A stretch of 6,127 nt of DNA from Octopus sinensis (Eukaryota). Of the stretch, positions 6,061 through 6,127 are shown one piece after another; positions within the stretch are counted from its first letter, which is position 1; each line of letters begins with the position of its first letter. The position numbers and the translations under genes are program-made. Location of the stretch: the NCBI RefSeq assembly GCF_006345805.1, contig NW_021829790.1, forward strand, positions 1-6,127, given 5' to 3'. The notes under the pieces were generated by a model, which saw nothing but the letters and a program-made list of their open reading frames with translations, did not search any database and was not told the origin of the DNA.

Positions 6061-6127
6061 AATCAGCAGTATATGATAGTCGTAGCGGTGATAGTATGAA
6101 CATTGTTTTGATACTGAAGGCGTTGTA

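Overview
AT-rich, microsatellite-saturated eukaryotic non-coding DNA, most likely intronic or intergenic sequence from a coleoid cephalopod (Octopus-like). The organism is inferred from the very high density of (AT)n, (GTAT)n, (CA)n and (GTG/GTA)n repeats and from a fragment resembling an octopus SINE 3' tail. None of the supplied ORFs looks like a real gene: nearly all are translations of simple repeats. The best-supported feature is a complete 374-bp non-autonomous Helitron on the minus strand (1514-1887; A|TC...CTAG|T, no target-site duplication), whose 3' hairpin is extended into a 41-bp palindrome that includes the terminus itself. A second, related but distinct Helitron-like 5' end lies near 700-808. 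The most unusual unexplained stretch is 4-364, a tiling of adjacent imperfect stem-loops. Other observations are a candidate 106-nt coding exon (2610-2715) between oppositely oriented microsatellite arms, three perfect octamer (ATTTGCAT) motifs in 49 bp, and a 0.9-kb C-poor triplet-repeat tract with nested duplications. There is no CRISPR array, rRNA, tRNA or prokaryotic system. All base pairings were worked out by eye, and all family assignments come from recalled motifs rather than a database search.
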